Positions 61,168 to 64,000 of a stretch of 64,000 nt of DNA are shown in pieces (positions within the stretch are counted from its first letter, which is position 1; each line of letters opens with the position of its first letter). Where the stretch lies: IMG/VR virus record IMGVR_UViG_3300025141_000048; one strand, 5' to 3'. Under the pieces are notes generated by a model, which did not search any database, had not been told where the DNA came from, and worked only from the letters and a program-made list of their open reading frames with translations. This DNA comes from a virus. The position numbers and the translations under genes were made by a program.

Positions 61168-61419
61168 ATGCTCATGCCTGAAAGAAGTACTGAAGAAATC
61201 GTTGAAAGCTTTATTGATCGTACTGCATGGAACGAGCTTAGTCAGATAATCCTTCTTTGCCGATTCATTGATGAGCGGTCAGAGAAGGACCCGGAGACGA
61301 AACAGGCTCTTATCCAATATTTGGAGGATCAGGAAAGCGAAGAAGATAACATGGGGCAAACTCATGGTTGGCTGGATGACGATGATATCCTCTTCATCGG
61401 CGACGACGAACCTGATTAG
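61168..61419 (+). CDS. Hypothetical protein
   Basis: 83 aa ORF. Confidence 0.5.
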   Translation: MLMPERSTEEIVESFIDRTAWNELSQIILLCRFIDERSEKDPETKQALIQYLEDQESEEDNMGQTHGWLDDDDILFIGDDEPD

Positions 61420-61456
61420 TACTGGCCATATGGGTCCCTTTCCGACCCGTTTCTTT

Positions 61457-61486
61457 TTCCATAGCCAGGAATTCTGTTGATATAAT
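61457..61486 (+). promoter_or_regulatory. CCATAG-class promoter 24/28
   Basis: TTCCATAG-CCAGGAATTCTGT-TGATATAAT. Confidence 0.8.
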
Positions 61487-61508
61487 GCGGCGGAAAGGAA
61501 CCTAGCTC

Positions 61509-61967
61509 ATGTACTCTCATCATGTTTCAGCAATGGCTCAGAGGTTGTTTGACGCTGGTCTTATCAAGGATGGGGTTGATGTCATAACAGTATTCAACAT
61601 CCTTCATGGAGAATGGAACGATAAGATTGCGGTTACATGGTGCGTACAAGATGTTATCGACACCATTGAGGCTCATCGTGGCGTAACCCCTACTCATGCT
61701 GCGGCTTACGAAACGTTGAAAGACGTATTTCGTAAGTTTGATGCTAATCAAGGTATCAATTGGGATACCATCTTGGCTCATTGGGACTTCGACCATTCGG
61801 CTCTTTGTTCGAGTTGCGTTGAACCTGATTGTCCAGAATGCGGCAAAGAATTGAAACTGTTCATGAAAGACATGGACGGTACGAACCAAGAAGAGGTTTA
61901 TGGCTGCCCGAAATGCCATTACCCACAAAGGGAACGTTATGCACGATCAACTCGACCCGGCTCCTGA
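61509..61967 (+). CDS. Hypothetical protein with C-terminal Zn ribbon
   Basis: FDANQGINWDTI; CPECG…CPKC; SD GAAAGGA. Confidence 0.65.
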   Translation: MYSHHVSAMAQRLFDAGLIKDGVDVITVFNILHGEWNDKIAVTWCVQDVIDTIEAHRGVTPTHAAAYETLKDVFRKFDANQGINWDTILAHWDFDHSALCSSCVEPDCPECGKELKLFMKDMDGTNQEEVYGCPKCHYPQRERYARSTRPGS

Positions 61968-62157
61968 GCCCGAACCTGAATCGAATGATGATCTTGAAGC
62001 TCTCAAGGCAATGAATTGTGTTTTGCAGCATGGTCATTCAGTCGGTATCACCGATTCGGAGTTGACCCAAGCTGGAGACTCTGCCGAACTCGTTATTACC
62101 CACAAAGGGAAACGTTTCCTCTTGAGTAGGAACGACTTGGTTGAATGCATAAGCTGA
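61939..62157 (+). CDS. Hypothetical protein
   Basis: 72 aa ORF. Confidence 0.45.
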   Translation: MHDQLDPAPEPEPESNDDLEALKAMNCVLQHGHSVGITDSELTQAGDSAELVITHKGKRFLLSRNDLVECIS

Positions 62158-62159
62158 TT

Positions 62160-62189
62160 TTCCATAGTCGGATTTTTGGCCGATATAAT
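62160..62189 (+). promoter_or_regulatory. CCATAG-class promoter 25/28
   Basis: TTCCATAG-TCGGATTTTTGGC-CGATATAAT. Confidence 0.75.
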
Positions 62190-62210
62190 AAACCGGAAAG
62201 GAACCACTGA

Positions 62211-62741
62211 ATGTCAAACAACTATATCCAATTCTCTACCGCCGTCAGTATCACCACCGATGAAAAGGCATGGCTCGAAAAACAGTTGGACGATGATGTC
62301 CTGCACGATATGTTCTGTCTTCACAACCCGGAAAACAGCGGGCTGTCACCGGAACAACTCGAAGAGTTGAGGAAAAAGATCCTTCCCGAGCCAAAAGAAA
62401 TGGCACTGTTCGATAACTATGCGGAGATGGGTTGTGTTTGCTTTGATGTCGAATTCAGCCGGGCCACCGATCCCAAGGATGGCAAGGATTGGATCATGTA
62501 CATTGGCACCGAAGAATCGGGTGACCCGGATCAGGTTGCCGAGTTGATGGGAGCATTCCTGTTGCATTTTCAGTCCAAGGATTCATTCAGCTTGGAATGG
62601 GCCTACTACTCGTCAAGGAACAGAATGGACGAACAGGGAGGCGGAGCCGTATTCGTTACTGCCGGAAGTACGCAATGGATCAATACCGGCATGTGGGTTC
62701 ATCGGAAACAGTTGGAACATGAAAAGGCGCAAGGAAAATGA
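62211..62741 (+). CDS. Hypothetical protein
   Basis: MSNNYIQFS…EQGGGAVFVTA; SD GAAAGGA. Confidence 0.7.
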   Translation: MSNNYIQFSTAVSITTDEKAWLEKQLDDDVLHDMFCLHNPENSGLSPEQLEELRKKILPEPKEMALFDNYAEMGCVCFDVEFSRATDPKDGKDWIMYIGTEESGDPDQVAELMGAFLLHFQSKDSFSLEWAYYSSRNRMDEQGGGAVFVTAGSTQWINTGMWVHRKQLEHEKAQGK

Positions 62742-62968
62742 TTAACCAAAAAGCTCAATGCCCAAACGACCCTTCTCATAACCGCTTCTATACGTCTGCC
62801 CATGTACAAGAAGAATGGTTAGTTGATGAGTTTGGTAATTGGATTTCGTCTAGCGAAGCTATCCAAACTACCCATGGACCGGATACGGGGAATTCATGGA
62901 TTTGTAAGGAATGCGGCGAAGAGGCAACCTTCGTCGATGTTGAATCTCCATCGACGGAAATTGTCTGA
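62738..62968 (+). CDS. Small zinc-binding protein
   Basis: CPNDPSH…WICKECG. Confidence 0.65.
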   Translation: MINQKAQCPNDPSHNRFYTSAHVQEEWLVDEFGNWISSSEAIQTTHGPDTGNSWICKECGEEATFVDVESPSTEIV

Positions 62969-62974
62969 TATAAT
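62946..62974 (+). promoter_or_regulatory. CCATAG-class promoter 26/28
   Basis: CTCCATCG-ACGGAAATTGTC-TGATATAAT. Confidence 0.75.
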
Positions 62975-62979
62975 AGTAC

Positions 62980-63282
62980 ATGAGAACAACACTTGCCCAA
63001 CTCGAAGCCGATCCGGGTATGTGCGTGGGCTCGGGCATGTGTTGTAAGAAAGTCCCCTGCTCATACGGAGCTTGGAACACCGAAAGAACGCAATGTAAGC
63101 ACCTCGAAGTAGAGGCAGCCTTACCCGGAGACGTTCATGTCTACAAATGCGGAGAGTTCGAGAGGATCTTGGCTGACAAAGGTTCCTATTTCAGCCCTGC
63201 ATTCGGTGCCGGATGCTGCCAATCCCTCTTCAATGACAACCGTCGTAGAATCGTCGCCCATGTCCGCCGAGACGAAGCGTAA
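62980..63282 (+). CDS. Cys-rich (possible Fe-S cluster) protein
   Basis: CVGSGMCCKKVPC, CKHL, YKC, FGAGCC; leaderless. Confidence 0.65.
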   Translation: MRTTLAQLEADPGMCVGSGMCCKKVPCSYGAWNTERTQCKHLEVEAALPGDVHVYKCGEFERILADKGSYFSPAFGAGCCQSLFNDNRRRIVAHVRRDEA

Positions 63283-63488
63283 CCTGATTGGTTGTGTCTG
63301 TATGCTGACCGGGCTCAGTTGTAACGTTTTATCCCCAGATGTTTGGGCTCTGGCTTCGTATCATGCCGAAGACTTGGCGATCAAACATGGGCTCTCTCCC
63401 GAAGACTTCAAAGCATTTCTCCAGGACATTATGCCAATGATTGATCGTAATCGCATGGACAACCCAGCATCCTGCCTGTTCTGAGCCT

Positions 63489-63518
63489 TTCCATAGCCGG
63501 GAAACAAGCTGATATAAT
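63489..63518 (+). promoter_or_regulatory. CCATAG-class promoter 27/28
   Basis: TTCCATAG-CCGGGAAACAAGC-TGATATAAT. Confidence 0.8.
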
Positions 63519-63543
63519 CCGGCAACAGGAAAGGACTACAGAC

Positions 63544-63924
63544 ATGGGATTGAACTTCAACGACCTCTACAACGATCTGAGGCCCCACATAGGCCATGAT
63601 CTCGTCTGCGTCGGATATAGAGGTGCTAACGACTGCGATCCGGTAAACATCGCTATCGAATGCGAAACCTGCGGTGAGGTATTGCTTGATGCCAATACGC
63701 CTGCTTACATTGTTCATGATGACCGGGATACCGGATGTGAGGGTATGGATGATGCCAACTCGCAAGGTGTTCGTTATGGGTGTGGCGTTTACAGTAATGC
63801 CGACGCCGCTGATGTATTGGACGTAGAGTATTTACTTGTAAGGCTTTATGGTCCCTCTGAGGTAGCAGCAATGCGTAATGCCTTGGAGTGGTGTAATTCT
63901 AATGGTTTCTCCGTTGCGGAGTAA
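63544..63924 (+). CDS. Hypothetical protein
   Basis: HIGHDLVCV…AIECETCGEV; SD GAAAGGA. Confidence 0.65.
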   Translation: MGLNFNDLYNDLRPHIGHDLVCVGYRGANDCDPVNIAIECETCGEVLLDANTPAYIVHDDRDTGCEGMDDANSQGVRYGCGVYSNADAADVLDVEYLLVRLYGPSEVAAMRNALEWCNSNGFSVAE

Positions 63925-63926
63925 AT

Positions 63927-63956
63927 CTCCATTGCCGAATTTTCGGCTGATATAAT
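63927..63956 (+). promoter_or_regulatory. CCATAG-class promoter 28/28
   Basis: CTCCATTG-CCGAATTTTCGGC-TGATATAAT. Confidence 0.8.
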
Positions 63957-63980
63957 GGGTCAACAGGAAAGGAACCTATC

Positions 63981-64000
63981 ATGAGTTGCTACGAATGGGA
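63981..64000 (+). CDS. Start of the next gene (truncated by window edge)
   Basis: Promoter + SD GAAAGGA + ATG. Confidence 0.6.

Noticed and set aside
35394-63956. CCATAG repeats as a CRISPR array or integron attC sites
   Set aside because: Spacing is gene-sized and irregular, the conserved part includes a perfect extended -10, and no Cas or integrase gene or RYYYAAC/GTTRRRY boxes were seen; a promoter is the simpler reading.
1-64000. Stop-codon reassignment
   Set aside because: Conserved enzymes (RtcB, PARP, sigma, helicase) are uninterrupted in code 11, all three stops end genes, and no suppressor tRNA was found.

Overview
Gene-dense 64 kb window coded almost entirely on the + strand (one convincing minus-strand gene). 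It reads as part of a large (probably jumbo) bacteriophage genome; no virion genes fall in the window, so a large plasmid/ICE is not excluded. The host is tentatively a planctomycete, inferred only from the sigma-70 type. Left part (0-32 kb): a host-like PspA/DUF350 membrane-stress operon with a GluR0-like channel, an SF2 helicase followed by two helical-repeat proteins, LAGLIDADG + RtcB, tmRNA, a porin, HD-CoaD, NadD and a GluRS-like/methyltransferase cluster. Near 34.8 kb the G/C skew flips sharply with no change of coding strand (candidate origin or terminus junction). Right part (35-64 kb): mostly single-gene or short cassettes, each behind a repeated non-canonical promoter YTCCATAG-N12/13-TGATATAAT (28 copies in the window, 26 of them right of 35.3 kb). 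These include a RadA-like ATPase, sigma-70, WGR-PARP, DNA methylase, DNA ligase and a GHKL-zincin. A 20-tRNA array sits among them behind a leader-peptide attenuator. Strongest candidates for new biology: (i) HNH cassettes that split a tRNA gene at the anticodon arm and sit beside a diverged replacement tRNA of the same isotype (Arg, Asn, Ala); (ii) a tRNA-Ile with two anticodon arms (UAU and GAU); (iii) Asn/Lys/Met tRNAs with long variable arms; (iv) the CCATAG promoter class. Family calls come from motif recognition by eye; no database search was run.
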